Numbered from the stretch's first letter, positions 40,689-50,846 are shown. The stretch: 64,000 bases of DNA from an uncultured delta proteobacterium (GCA_963765675.1 CAVXXK010000004.1:64001-128000); one strand, 5' to 3'. Numbers and translations: made by a program. Notes: generated by a model from the sequence alone, not told the origin.

Positions 40689-40767
40689 TGACCCGGCCCG
40701 CGATCCGCTACCTAATGACCACGCCGCAAGTAACAGGACGACTTGATAGAACGGCACGCGGGGGACA

Positions 40768-41238
40768 ATGGCATCAGCGATGGGATTCTTCTCGAAGTTC
40801 AGATCATCCGGATCAGCGGAAAAACGCGTGGCTGACGAATTGGCCGGCCTCGCAGGGCGCAAAGAGGAGCTGATCGCGCGGCTTGGAAGGCACGCCGCAC
40901 GATGCACCTATCCGTCGATGGCGGCGGACCTGAAAACACTGGCGGAAAAGGAAGCGGCGCATTTCAAAATCCTGCGCAACATCCTTTCCGATCGCGAGAT
41001 GTGGCCGCGCCCGCCCGAGGATCAGCAGCGCGAGGGCTCGAACGACTGGGAGCGGCTGGGCGGCGACCTGGCGATGCTCTCGGCGATCGCGGCGGGGCTA
41101 CGGCTGTGCGCGATGCATTGGGAGGCGATCGATCAGGAGATCGCCGACACGCTCGGCACGATGGCGACCGAGGACGTCGATCACGAAAGCGATCTGCGCC
41201 AGCTCGCCCTGAAGTGCGACCCGCAAGCGTTCGACTAG
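40768..41238 (+). CDS. Ferritin-like four-helix bundle protein
   Basis: Two ExxH-like motifs (EAAH; EDVDHE) in helical repeats. Confidence 0.55.
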   Translation: MASAMGFFSKFRSSGSAEKRVADELAGLAGRKEELIARLGRHAARCTYPSMAADLKTLAEKEAAHFKILRNILSDREMWPRPPEDQQREGSNDWERLGGDLAMLSAIAAGLRLCAMHWEAIDQEIADTLGTMATEDVDHESDLRQLALKCDPQAFD

Positions 41239-41304
41239 AGCGAACGCCCGCAGGATCTTCGCGCGGTCAGCCGCAGGCCATTCCATCTGGCTGCTAGCGC
41301 GACT

Positions 41305-41481
41305 GGCGAGATTCCTCGCGGCATCTGCCGCGAGACTTGACCTGCACAAGACGATACCCGTCGCCTGCTCGCGCTCGGAATGACACAAATCTTTCGCACA
41401 GTGTCATTCCGAGCGCGCGAGCCGGGCATCACGCGGTCGTAGGATGAAGTGGCATTGCGCGAATCGCGAGGAATCTCGCCC
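41305..41481. repeat. Inverted pair of TGTCATTCCGAGCG...CGAGGAATCTCGCC palindromic elements
   Basis: GGCGAGATTCCTCGCG...GCGCTCGGAATGACA / TGTCATTCCGAGCGC...CGCGAGGAATCTCGCC; second pair at 48868-49075. Confidence 0.85.
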
Positions 41482-41534
41482 TGTGCATCGGCATACGTTG
41501 CCGATTAATACGAGCAAACCGCGCGCCGCGACGC

Positions 41535-42311
41535 TCACTCCGCCATCCGCGGGGAGGTTCCGCCGTCGATTACCAACAGCGACCCGGTCATGTAGCTCGA
41601 CGCATCGGACGCGAGGAAGATGCACGGGAAGGCAATCTCCTCGACCGTGCCGAAACGTCCGAGGGCGCGCGATCTCGCGACCGCCTGTTTCACTTTCGGA
41701 TTCGGCCACACCCGCGGCGCGGCGCCTACCGTGTCGATCGGACCGGGCGCGATACAGTTGACCCGGATTCCCTTGTCGCCCCATTCGCTCGCGTGCGAGA
41801 TCGTCAGAGTGATCACGCCGGCCTTGGCCGCAGAATAGGGCAGCATGTGCGCGGAGCCCTCGATTCCAGCGGTCGAAGAGATATTGATGATCGAGCCGGG
41901 AGATTTCTGCGCGATAAACTGGCGCGCCGCCGCCTTCGAGCAGAAGAACGCACCGTCGAGGTTGATCCCGACCACCGCGCGCCATCCGTTGGGCTTAAGA
42001 TCGAGCGTCGAGCTCGCGATACTCGCGCCGTGATTGTTGATCAGCACGTCGAGGCGTCCGAAATGCTTGACCGCCGCCGCGACCATCGCGTCGCACTGCT
42101 CGGGTTCGCGCACGTCGCATTGCGCCATCTCGCACTTGCCGCCGGCTTTGCGAATCTCGTCGCGCACCTTCTCGAGGTTCTCGACCTTGCGGCTCGCGAT
42201 CAGCACCGGCGCGCCGCGGCTCGCGAATTCTTTGGCGATCGATTCGCCGATTCCCGTTCCGCCGCCGGTGACGATGGTGACTTTCCCTTCGACGCTGAAT
42301 GGATCTTTCAA
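41535..42311 (-). CDS. SDR family oxidoreductase (2,4-dienoyl-CoA reductase-like)
   Basis: TGGGTGIG, YSAAK, RVNCIAPG; AGGAGG RBS before TTG 42311. Confidence 0.9.
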   Translation of the reverse strand: MKDPFSVEGKVTIVTGGGTGIGESIAKEFASRGAPVLIASRKVENLEKVRDEIRKAGGKCEMAQCDVREPEQCDAMVAAAVKHFGRLDVLINNHGASIASSTLDLKPNGWRAVVGINLDGAFFCSKAAARQFIAQKSPGSIINISSTAGIEGSAHMLPYSAAKAGVITLTISHASEWGDKGIRVNCIAPGPIDTVGAAPRVWPNPKVKQAVARSRALGRFGTVEEIAFPCIFLASDASSYMTGSLLVIDGGTSPRMAE

Positions 42312-42433
42312 TTTCGTGTTCCTCCTGAAGCTGGTCGAGCCGCGCCATCCCGCGCGAGTGCCAGCATTGGCGATCCAAAATTTATCGCACGCCACAATCC
42401 AGATAGCGAGAGCGCAGTTCTCGCTTCATCCTA

Positions 42434-42480
42434 TACCCTCTCCCTCCGGGAGAGGGCGTGGGTGAGGGTGCTGCTCTGCT
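42434..42480 (-). repeat. REP-like element, minimal form without insert
   Basis: CCCTCTCCCTCCGGGAGAGGGCGTGGGTGAGGGTGCTGCTCTGCT. Confidence 0.85.
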
Positions 42481-42537
42481 GTCGCGTGCACGGCAGCTTC
42501 TCGCTCGAAGCGGGCGACGGCCGGCGGGACGACGGCC

Positions 42538-43446
42538 CTACTGCGATCGATCGGGCCCCTGCCCCGCTACCCAACCCGCGCGGCCCGGCAGCTCGATGCG
42601 CACGATCTCGCAGATCGGCAGCTCGGTGCGATTGAGCCGCGACGCGACCTCCCGCATCGCGACGAACTTCGCGCCGCGCTCCTTGAGCGCGCGCAGCATC
42701 ACGCAAAAGCTCTCGAGATGCCCCATCCCTTCGGTCTCGGCGTGAACCGTATGCACATTCAGCGCGTCGGACGTGAACTGTTCGAGGTAGTAACGCATCA
42801 CCGCCGCGTCGTCGGAGAGCCCGGGGCGACCCATTACTTCATCGAGCGTCGGCAGCGTAGTCGGGATCTCCGGCGTCGCGAGGATCTTGTCGCCGATCGC
42901 GCATCGAAATGGATAACGCCCGCGCGTGTCGCTGCGGTACTCGAGATTCTCCGCTTCGAGCGCGAGCGAGGCGGCGTCGTTGGTGCGCCATCCCGGCGCC
43001 GCGAATCCCTTCGCAGACTCGCCCATGATTGCGCGGAACGCCTCGAACGCGTCGTGCAGTTCCGCCCGCACCCCGATGTCTCCGATCGCGTCGATCCGAT
43101 CCTGCCATCGCACATGGTCGTAGCCATGCACGCCGACCTCGAAGCCGCGCGCGCGCAGATCGCGCATTACGGCAGGATATGCGAGCGCGATCGGACGCGC
43201 GGGAAGAATTGTCCCGGAAAGAACCGTTCGCAGGCCGTACATCGAGACCGCTTTGGTCCGGAACATCTTTTTCAGGAAACCGCGATTCTTGAGCACGCGC
43301 ACGATCGCGCGCCCAGAGTTGTCCGGTCCCATCGAGATGTAAAAACTCGCCGCGATTCCTTCGCGCTCGAGCATCGCGGCCATCCGCGGCACGCCCTGCC
43401 CCAGGCCCTGATGCGTATCTACGTCGATCTTGAGCGCCACTTCCAT
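42538..43446 (-). CDS. arnD: 4-deoxy-4-formamido-L-arabinose-phosphoundecaprenol deformylase
   Basis: LKIDVDT..G...GVP, MGPDNSGRA, HGYDHVRWQD, PTTLPTLDE, VHTVHAETEG; arn gene context. Confidence 0.88.
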   Translation of the reverse strand: MEVALKIDVDTHQGLGQGVPRMAAMLEREGIAASFYISMGPDNSGRAIVRVLKNRGFLKKMFRTKAVSMYGLRTVLSGTILPARPIALAYPAVMRDLRARGFEVGVHGYDHVRWQDRIDAIGDIGVRAELHDAFEAFRAIMGESAKGFAAPGWRTNDAASLALEAENLEYRSDTRGRYPFRCAIGDKILATPEIPTTLPTLDEVMGRPGLSDDAAVMRYYLEQFTSDALNVHTVHAETEGMGHLESFCVMLRALKERGAKFVAMREVASRLNRTELPICEIVRIELPGRAGWVAGQGPDRSQ

Positions 43447-43476
43447 CGCACAATCCGAATCCCGATCAGCCGCGCA

Positions 43477-44460
43477 TCAACTGGCGACGCCTGGCGCGTC
43501 CGAGCGCAATACGACCGATCCTTCGAGCAAATTCGCGGCGGCAACATTTCGCGCCGCGCCTTCCGTGCCGCCTTCGAACTGCGCACGGAGGACGAGCACG
43601 CTGCCCTCGCCCGCCGCGACTTCGAGCGCGCCGCCGGCGTCCTCGCCGATTATCTCGCCGGGCTCGCCGCGCGATCCGTTCTCGTTTGCGATTCGCGCGC
43701 TCCAGATGAACAGCTTGCGATCGCCAAGGTAGCAGAATGCACCGGGATAGGGATGCGTCACTGCGCGGACGAGATTCGTGACTCGGCGCGCCGGCCATCG
43801 CCAGTCGATCCTTCCGTCTTCCGGCCGCCTCCGCCCGAAGTAACTTCCGGCGGCGAGGTCCTGCGGCGTTCGCGGCGCGGTTCCCGCAACGATCTGCGGA
43901 TGATATTCGCGCACGATCGCGGCGCCCACCGGCACCAGCTTGCGATAGAGCGTGAGCGCCGTGTCGGCGTCGTCAATCGCGACGGTTTTCTGCGCGACGA
44001 TATCGCCCGCGTCGGCGCGCGCGACCATGTGATGCAGCGTCACGCCCGCTTCGCGCTCGCCGTTGGCAAGCATCCAGTTGACGGGGGCGCGTCCGCGGTA
44101 ACGCGGCAGCGGCGAAGGATGCAGATTGTACGCGCCCATCGGCGCGAGCGCGAGCACGTCTTCCGCGATCAGATGCCTAAAGGAAAACGAGTAGATGATC
44201 GCCGGGCGCATCGCCGCGATCTTCGCGGTCCATTCGGCGTCGATCTTGTCGGGATAGTGCACCGCGATATTGTGCCGCGCCGCCAGCTCCGCGCACGAGC
44301 GCCACCAGATTTCCTCGTGAGGATCGTCGCGATGAGAAAACAGCGCCGCAATCGGCGCCCCGAGCTCGATCAGCTCCGCCAGGCACGCGTACCCCATCTC
44401 GTGGTAAGCGAACACGACGCACACGGCGTCCTTGACCGCGAGATCGGAGCGCGCACTCAC
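43477..44460 (-). CDS. UDP-L-Ara4N formyltransferase (stand-alone ArnA N-terminal domain)
   Basis: VVFAYHEMG, YNLHPSPLPRYRGRAPVNW, SYFGRRRPEDGRIDW, NLVRAVTHPYPGAF; no dehydrogenase domain. Confidence 0.88.
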   Translation of the reverse strand: MSARSDLAVKDAVCVVFAYHEMGYACLAELIELGAPIAALFSHRDDPHEEIWWRSCAELAARHNIAVHYPDKIDAEWTAKIAAMRPAIIYSFSFRHLIAEDVLALAPMGAYNLHPSPLPRYRGRAPVNWMLANGEREAGVTLHHMVARADAGDIVAQKTVAIDDADTALTLYRKLVPVGAAIVREYHPQIVAGTAPRTPQDLAAGSYFGRRRPEDGRIDWRWPARRVTNLVRAVTHPYPGAFCYLGDRKLFIWSARIANENGSRGEPGEIIGEDAGGALEVAAGEGSVLVLRAQFEGGTEGAARNVAAANLLEGSVVLRSDAPGVAS

Positions 44461-44463
44461 AAC

Positions 44464-45511
44464 TTATCCGCGATCTTGGCGCGCGTTGTCCTGGTGGCCG
44501 TCCTGGCGATCGGCATGTTCATCACGATCACCATGCACGCCGCGCACGATGTAAGTCGGACGGCGGCGCACCTCGATATAAATTCTGCCCACGTATTCGC
44601 CGATCAGGCCGAACGCAAGGAACTGGAAGCCGACGAACAGAAACAGGATCGCGAACAGCGACCACAACGCGCCTTCCTGCTGCGGTCCGAAGATCAACCG
44701 ATGCAGAATCAGAACCGCAACCAGGATTGCATCGAGCACGAAAATTCCGATTCCCGCGAAGCTCAGCGCCTGGATCGGCAACAGCGAGAATCCGGTGATC
44801 AGGTTGAGGCTCAGCGTCGCGAGCCGCAGAAGATTGTATTTCGATTTGCCCTCGGCGCGCTCGGCGTGCGCCACGCGGATTTCCGTCACCCGCTTGGCGA
44901 ACGAGTTCGCCAGCGCCGGCACGAACGCCGCCTTCTCATCGCAATCGACTACCGTATCGACGATATGCCGCCGGTACGCGCGCAGCATGCATCCGTAATC
45001 ATGCATCGGCACGCCGACGATCACCGAGGTCAGGCGGTTGTGCATCCGTGACGCGTACTTGCGCCAGCTCTCGTCCTGCCGTTCCTCGCGCCATCCGCCG
45101 ACCACGTCGTTGCCCGCGTCGATCGCGGCGAGCAACCGCGGAATCTCTTCGGGCGGATTTTGCAGGTCCGCATCGAGCGTCACGATCACTTCGCCCCGCA
45201 CTTGCCTGAACCCCGCGAGGATCGCGGCATGCTGCCCGAAGTTGCGCGCCAGCTCCACCACGCGCACACGGCCCGCCTGCGCCGCGGCGATCTCGCGCAG
45301 GATCACCAGCGAATCATCGATCGATCCGTCGTCGATAAATACCGCTTCCCACGGTCGCGAAAGCCCCTCGAGCACCGGCAACAGGCGCGTCCAAAGACGC
45401 GCCCAGGTTGCCCGACTCGTTGAACACCGGGATCACAATCGAGACCATCCCGGCCTGCGGCGCTCTCCGCGCGGGAGTGTCGCGAAACGAACTTATTTGG
45501 CTTGCGGCCAC
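44464..45511 (-). CDS. arnC: Undecaprenyl-phosphate L-Ara4FN transferase (GT2); one extra base at ~45398
   Basis: VSIVIPVFNE in the 5' piece; DDGS, RNFGQHAA, DADLQNPPEEIP, DYGCMLRAYRR, GEYVGRIY in the 3' piece. Confidence 0.87.
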
Positions 45512-45558
45512 TAAACGGCCATTGTGGCAAACGCACGCCCGAGGTTAAAGACACCAAC

Positions 45559-45625
45559 CGGCCGCCAAGACACGAAGGCACAAAGAAGAAATCTTCTGCT
45601 TAGTGTCTTCGTGTCTTAGTGGCCG
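45559..45625. repeat. Long imperfect palindrome made of AAGACAC-type units
   Basis: CGGCCGCCAAGACACGAAGGCACAAAG...CTTAGTGTCTTCGTGTCTTAGTGGCCG; degenerate relative at ~57716-57827. Confidence 0.7.
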
Positions 45626-45689
45626 CTTGAACTCTTAGTGCTCGCTTGAGGTTGACGACGCGACGCTGCGCCTTAACACTGCAAGGATC

Positions 45690-47402
45690 ATGATACCGCG
45701 TTCCCGAGCAGGTCGAATCGCGCTTGCCGCGATCGTTGCCGCGATTCTCTACCTGCCCGGACTCGGGCGTCCCGCACTATGGGAACCGGACGAGGGGCGT
45801 TACGCCGAGATCGCGCGCGAGATGGCGATTTCCGGCGACCTCGTGACGCCGCGCGATGACTATATCCGCTATTTCGAGAAGCCTCCGCTGGTTTATTGGG
45901 CGGAAGCCGGAGCGATCCGGATTCTCGGTCCGACTGAGTTCGCCGTGCGGCTTCCCGCCGCGCTTTTCACCGTCGGCGAGGTCGCACTCGCTTGCGCGAT
46001 CGGCGACGCGATGTTTGGCGCGGCTGCGGGACTTCTCGCCGCGCTGGCGCTCGCACTGTCACCGCTGGTGTTCGCATTCGCGCGCTTTGCGACGCTCGAT
46101 CCGGCGCTCGCATTTTTCTTGACCGCCGCGATCGGCGCATTTCTCGCCGCCTCGCGCGCGCCCGATTTCGGCTCCGGCGCCGGGCGGTACTGGATGTGGC
46201 TCGCGGCCGCGATGCTCGCACTCGGCACGCTCAGCAAAGGTCCGGTCGCGCTCGTGCTGGGCGGCGCGATCGCGCTGGTCTGGATGCTGGTCGAGCACCG
46301 CGCGCGCGAGCTGCGGCGCATCCCGTTCGTCTCCTGCGCGATCATCTATCTCGCGATCGTGATGCCGTGGTTCATCCTGGCCGAGCATCGCAACCCCGGC
46401 TTTCTTGAATTCTTTTTCATCCACGAGCACATCGAACGCTTCACCAGCTCGCAGGAGCACGGATGGGGTCCGTGGTTCTTCATTCCGGTCGTCATCGGCG
46501 GCGCGTGGCCATGGATATTTTTCGCGCCGCTCGGATGGATTGAGATCAGCCGCTCGAAAGAGAACCCGCTCCGCTCGCGATCGAATCTGCTCGTCATCTG
46601 GTTCGCGGCGATCGTGATGTTCTTTTCGATTCCGCGCTCGAAGCTCGGCTCGTATATCCTGCCCGCGCTTCCGCCGCTGGCGATTCTCGCCGGCTATGGT
46701 CTCACGCGTATCTCTCAAATCTCCCGCGACCGGGCAGTCGCGTGGATGCGACCCTTCGCGATCGTGAATATCTGCGCCGCCCTCGCCGCCTCCATCGGCT
46801 TCTACTTCGAGGCGCATCGGCTGCCGCGTGGCCTCGCGCTCGATGGCGCGATGATCGCCGCCGTACTCGCGGCGGGCGCGATTGCGGCGTACCTCCTCGC
46901 CCGCAATGCCGCCCGAGCTGCATTGGCAATCGTACCGATGGCGCTCGCGATGCTGCTGACGATCGGAATCGCCGAGCGCGCTCGCACCGCCGCGGCTCCA
47001 GTTGTCAGCTACCGCGAACTCGCACGAGGGATCGCGCCCTATCTGGCCCCCGGATGCGTCCTCGGCTCGTATCATCATTATGTGCAGGCGTTGCCCTTCT
47101 ATACCGGGACGCGCGAGATGCCGGTGCAGTACTGGGGCGAGCTCGGCGAATTCGCCGACCCGTCCGAACAGCACAACGAATTTATCGGCACGGCGACGCG
47201 GCTCAAAGAAATGTGGACGCATTCACAATGCTTCGTGCTGATCGCGAACGAAAAAGACCTGCCCGAAATTCTGAAAACTCTGCCGAATCCGAAACCGACG
47301 GTGATCGCCTGCGAAGGCAAAAAACTCGCCCTCTTCAACGGACCTCCATCGCATCCCTCGCCCGCGTCTGGTCCCTCGCCCTGTAAGGGAGAGGCCAGGT
47401 GA
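45690..47402 (+). CDS. arnT: ArnT-like L-Ara4N transferase (GT39/GT83)
   Basis: LWEPDEGRYAEIAREM, YFEKPPL.YW, LSKGP, SKLGSYILP; multiple TM helices; divergent from arnC. Confidence 0.85.
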   Translation: MIPRSRAGRIALAAIVAAILYLPGLGRPALWEPDEGRYAEIAREMAISGDLVTPRDDYIRYFEKPPLVYWAEAGAIRILGPTEFAVRLPAALFTVGEVALACAIGDAMFGAAAGLLAALALALSPLVFAFARFATLDPALAFFLTAAIGAFLAASRAPDFGSGAGRYWMWLAAAMLALGTLSKGPVALVLGGAIALVWMLVEHRARELRRIPFVSCAIIYLAIVMPWFILAEHRNPGFLEFFFIHEHIERFTSSQEHGWGPWFFIPVVIGGAWPWIFFAPLGWIEISRSKENPLRSRSNLLVIWFAAIVMFFSIPRSKLGSYILPALPPLAILAGYGLTRISQISRDRAVAWMRPFAIVNICAALAASIGFYFEAHRLPRGLALDGAMIAAVLAAGAIAAYLLARNAARAALAIVPMALAMLLTIGIAERARTAAAPVVSYRELARGIAPYLAPGCVLGSYHHYVQALPFYTGTREMPVQYWGELGEFADPSEQHNEFIGTATRLKEMWTHSQCFVLIANEKDLPEILKTLPNPKPTVIACEGKKLALFNGPPSHPSPASGPSPCKGEAR

Positions 47403-47520
47403 GGGTCCTTTAGTATTGAGTCGCGCTAATGCGCGACCATAATTCTTTTGAATCGCGCGTCGCTGTCGCGTCGCGCTGAAAAATGACCCTCACCTTACCT
47501 CTCCCATACTGGGCGAGGGA
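47373..47520. repeat. Inverted pair of REP-like elements
   Basis: CCCTCGCCCTGTAAGGGAGAGGCCAGGTGAGGGT (overlaps the arnT stop) and ACCCTCACCTTACCTCTCCCATACTGGGCGAGGG. Confidence 0.75.
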
Positions 47521-47624
47521 TCAGACAAGGGGCGCGGAACCGACCACCGGGGGGCACTTGGAATCCCTGCGGGCGGTCTGTAGTTATTTGGCTGGCAGAA
47601 ACGCTGGGGCCCAGGGAATCGAAC

Positions 47625-48107
47625 ATGAAGTATCCGCTGACCCTCCTGATCTTCGCCGCAATCGCCGTCGCGGCTGCGTCCTGCGCTCCGGTCGCGCAGG
47701 ATCAGGCGCAGTCCGCATATGCCGCGGGGCGCTACGATGAAGCCGCCAATGATATCCAGGCCGCACTCGGACACGATCCCGACAGCCAGACCCTCAAGCA
47801 GCTCGCCGCGCAGATCTTCACCCAGCGCGGAGTCAAGGAATATCAAGCCGGCCAGATGATCGCGGCGGCCGACGATTTCCAGCGCGCGATCAACTACTAC
47901 CCGACCTACTCGATGGCCTACGACTACATGGGGATGCTCTCGTTTCAGCAGCATAATTGGCAGGACGCGATCAAATACGGCAGCGCAGGCGCCGGCTACG
48001 CCGGCACGCCTGAACCTGACTACGTGAAGTCGGCGCGCCAGAATCTTCTCAAAGTCCAGTCCGGCGGTTTCGCGCCCTATGTCGGCGCACGCAGGACAAA
48101 CCAGTGA
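47625..48107 (+). CDS. TPR lipoprotein (PilW/PilF-like context)
   Basis: Signal peptide ending AAAS-C (lipobox-like); TPR-like helices; upstream of rodZ. Confidence 0.75.
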   Translation: MKYPLTLLIFAAIAVAAASCAPVAQDQAQSAYAAGRYDEAANDIQAALGHDPDSQTLKQLAAQIFTQRGVKEYQAGQMIAAADDFQRAINYYPTYSMAYDYMGMLSFQQHNWQDAIKYGSAGAGYAGTPEPDYVKSARQNLLKVQSGGFAPYVGARRTNQ

Positions 48108-48157
48108 CGGGCAAAGCGTGGCCTGGAAACGGCAGTACGATGTGGATGAGCAGGTGA

Positions 48158-48808
48158 GTGGTGGCTGACGAGAAACCCGAATCTTCCGCAAAGCCGTTCG
48201 GGCCGGCCGCCGCCGACGCGACCCTCGGCCAATACCTGACCGAGGCGCGCAAGAGCCGCGGCTTCACTCCTGAGCAAGTCGTTGCCGAAACCCGGATCCC
48301 CGCGCACTACGTCCGCGCGATCGAAAGCGACGACTACGCGACCGTCTCCGATGAGCTATACCTGCTGCCGTTCCTGCGCCGCTACGCGACCTATGTCGGC
48401 CTCGACCCGGAAGAAGTCGCCTCGCGTTTCGTGCGCGACGTGCAGCGTGCCGAGAACAATCCTTCCGCGCGGATCGCCGAGCCGATTTCGATGGTCACCA
48501 GCACGCGCGAGCGCAAGCCGCCGCGCGGCCGCCCGGTCGCGACCGCCTTGTTGATTGCGGCGCTGGTGATCCTCGCCATCGCGGTCTATCTGCGCCGCGA
48601 CACGCTCATCAGCAGCGCGCGCGGCATGGCCGGCGGCAGCACCGCGTCGCCGCTCGCGTCGCCGGCCGCTTCCGCCCCGGGCGCAGACGCCGATAACACT
48701 CCGCAAGCGCAGTCGTCGGGAATTCCATTCAAGACCGTGATCACGCCGCAGTCGCCCGCCGCTGCCGTCCCGTCCCCCGAAGCACCCGCGCAATCAGACG
48801 ACAACTAG
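48158..48808 (+). CDS. rodZ: RodZ-like protein (HTH + TM, short periplasmic tail)
   Basis: LGQYLTEARKSRG...TRIPAHYVRAIE...FLRRYATYVGLD, then one TM helix. Confidence 0.75.
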   Translation: MVADEKPESSAKPFGPAAADATLGQYLTEARKSRGFTPEQVVAETRIPAHYVRAIESDDYATVSDELYLLPFLRRYATYVGLDPEEVASRFVRDVQRAENNPSARIAEPISMVTSTRERKPPRGRPVATALLIAALVILAIAVYLRRDTLISSARGMAGGSTASPLASPAASAPGADADNTPQAQSSGIPFKTVITPQSPAAAVPSPEAPAQSDDN

Positions 48809-48867
48809 CATCCGCTCTCTCAGGAGAGCTTTGCATAACCAATCAGAGTAGTGCGTGCCGGTGCGTG

Positions 48868-49075
48868 AGGGCGAGATTCCTCGCGATCCCCGCCGCTCCA
48901 AGTGATGCGCACGTCGCCATCTGCATTGCCTATGCGCGCTCGGAATGACAATTTGTCCTGGTTTTGTGTCATTCCGAGCGCGATCGGACAAGGTGTTATC
49001 GGTTCGTTTGCTCCATGCTGCGCGGCAGATGCCGCGAGAGCCTGTCCTGAGCAGGGCCGAAGGAAATCTCGCCCT
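48868..49075. repeat. Inverted pair of TGTCATTCCGAGCG palindromic elements
   Basis: Same termini as 41305-41481 with different internal sequence. Confidence 0.85.
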
Positions 49076-49121
49076 TTCGCATAGGCGCACTCCTTCCGAG
49101 TGGTTACGCGAAGCTCTACTT

Positions 49122-49775
49122 TCAGTGCAGGATCGAATTCGCGATCTCTTCCGCCACCAGCTTCTTCGCCGTGCGGATATCGTCGCCCGGATGCGCCACC
49201 GCTACCACCTTGAGCTCGCTCTGCGATCCTGAAACGGTCGCGCGCGCGATAATTGCGGTGTCGTAAATCTTGTTCGCGGGCAGGCCGTTATACGTCTCCG
49301 GGTTGCTCTGAATCCCGTTCTTGAAAGTCTGGTACTGGCGAAACTGCGCCGTCGTCGGATCGTCCGGCGCCATATTCTGGCGCTCCGCTTCGATCGCGTA
49401 CGGATCCGGCGTGGTGTCGCCAGCATTGCCGACCGCCGGAACCTCGGCGCCCAGATCCTTGAGCATCCCGGCCACCGACGGATCGCCCGGCGAAACATCC
49501 TGCAGCGAAACCCCGGGCGATAGCACGTGCACGCTGAGCGTCACCGTCACGACCACCGGCGCGCCGTTGCCCCGATGCGTGCTCAGATCGCCGCTCAGCA
49601 CGTTCTGCACAGTCGAGTCGGTGCAGATCGCCATCACCGGCGCGCCCCGCGCGATATCCAGCCGCCCGAGCGTCTTCACGTCCGCCGCGATTGCGCGAGC
49701 TCCGCCGCTCGCCACAGTCGCCGCTATCGCAAACAGGATCGACGCACCGGCTTTGCCTATCGACCGCTTCATCAC
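49122..49775 (-). CDS. Secreted hypothetical protein
   Basis: Signal peptide MKRSIGKAGASILFAIAATVASGGARAIAA; follows the upstream gene after 9 bp. Confidence 0.7.
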   Translation of the reverse strand: MMKRSIGKAGASILFAIAATVASGGARAIAADVKTLGRLDIARGAPVMAICTDSTVQNVLSGDLSTHRGNGAPVVVTVTLSVHVLSPGVSLQDVSPGDPSVAGMLKDLGAEVPAVGNAGDTTPDPYAIEAERQNMAPDDPTTAQFRQYQTFKNGIQSNPETYNGLPANKIYDTAIIARATVSGSQSELKVVAVAHPGDDIRTAKKLVAEEIANSILH

Positions 49776-49784
49776 CGCCCTTCC

Positions 49785-50846
49785 CTATCGGTAAGCCCGC
49801 GCCGCTTCGATCGGCCAAATCGCGATCACTTCGTCGCCGCGCACCACGTAATATTCGCTGTGCAGATTGATCGTCGTATCGCCGTGGCTCGGAATCAGCT
49901 CGAGCTTCATCCCCGCCGCAAGCTCGCTGTGTCCGGCCGCCACATGTCCGTGCTCCTCCGACAATCGCTCGACTTTGATCGGCAGAAATTTTCCCCGCGG
50001 CGGACCAAATTCATTGGTCAGCGCTTTCATCCCGGCGTCGGTAATCGCGCGCTCGCCGCGCCGCGAAATCACCGTCGTCAAAAGACTCAGCGCCGGCTGC
50101 CCGAGGTCCGGCCGCACGAACCGGTAGGTGCCGTCCATGAAAACATACGAGCCCGCCTGCACCTCCGTGACTTCCGGCCACGAGCCCGCGATGTCGTAAG
50201 TGCCGGTCCCTCCCGCGCTCACGATCTCCGGCGCAAGTCCCGCCGCGCGCAGCGCCGCAACGTGCCGGCTCAGCACAGTCAACGCCTCGCGCGCCGTGGC
50301 CTCGCGTTTTTCGCGATCGGCAATCAGCACCGCGTGCCCTTCGTATCCCATGACTCCGCGATAGCGCAGCGGTCCGCGCGTGATCCGCCGCGCGAGCGCG
50401 ATCGTTTCTTCGGGAGACTCGGCGCCGCATCGATGCATCCCCGTGTCGACTTCGATTATCACGTCGGCGCCGCGGCCCGCGCGCTCGGCGCCCTGCTCGA
50501 GCTCGCGGACGTTGAATTCGCTCTCGACCGTCGCGATGATTTCCACCTGCCGCGCGACTGCGAAAAAGCGATCGATCTTTTGCGCTCCCGCGATCTGATT
50601 CGCGAGCAGAATCGGCCCGAGGCCCGCGCGTGCCAGCACCTCGGCCTCGCCGACCTTCGCCACCGTGATTCCGATCGCGCCCGCGGCAAGCTGGCGCCGC
50701 GCTATTTCAGGCGTCTTGGGAGTCTTGAAGTGCGGCCGGAGTTTCTGCGGACGCGCGCGAAAATATTCCGCCATCGCGGCGATATTCGCCTCGGCTACGT
50801 CGAGGTCGAGGATCAGCGCGGGCGTGTCGATCTCGTTTTTACGCAT
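49785..50846 (-). CDS. DSD1-family PLP enzyme (D-threonine aldolase / D-serine dehydratase-like)
   Basis: TPALILD, LRPHFKT, GMHRCG, GYEGH, GGTGT, GSYVFMD, LSEEHG. Confidence 0.9.
   Translation of the reverse strand: MRKNEIDTPALILDLDVAEANIAAMAEYFRARPQKLRPHFKTPKTPEIARRQLAAGAIGITVAKVGEAEVLARAGLGPILLANQIAGAQKIDRFFAVARQVEIIATVESEFNVRELEQGAERAGRGADVIIEVDTGMHRCGAESPEETIALARRITRGPLRYRGVMGYEGHAVLIADREKREATAREALTVLSRHVAALRAAGLAPEIVSAGGTGTYDIAGSWPEVTEVQAGSYVFMDGTYRFVRPDLGQPALSLLTTVISRRGERAITDAGMKALTNEFGPPRGKFLPIKVERLSEEHGHVAAGHSELAAGMKLELIPSHGDTTINLHSEYYVVRGDEVIAIWPIEAARAYR

Noticed and set aside
38526-40907. 793-aa ORF suggesting a DUF355 kinase-MBL hydrolase fusion
   Set aside because: One extra base at ~39603 bypasses the natural DUF355 end (LRRFGYKQ*). 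The N-terminal part is antisense to the HExxH gene. These are two separate genes.
42718-45051. 777-aa plus-strand ORF and other long antisense ORFs (e.g. 4110-5768, 13570-15099, 25272-26510)
   Set aside because: Arg/Ala-rich shadows of well-supported genes on the opposite strand, as expected in high-GC DNA.
41305-49075. Repeats with variable internal segments considered as a CRISPR array
   Set aside because: They are dispersed inverted pairs, not tandem direct repeats with uniform spacers, and no cas genes are visible.
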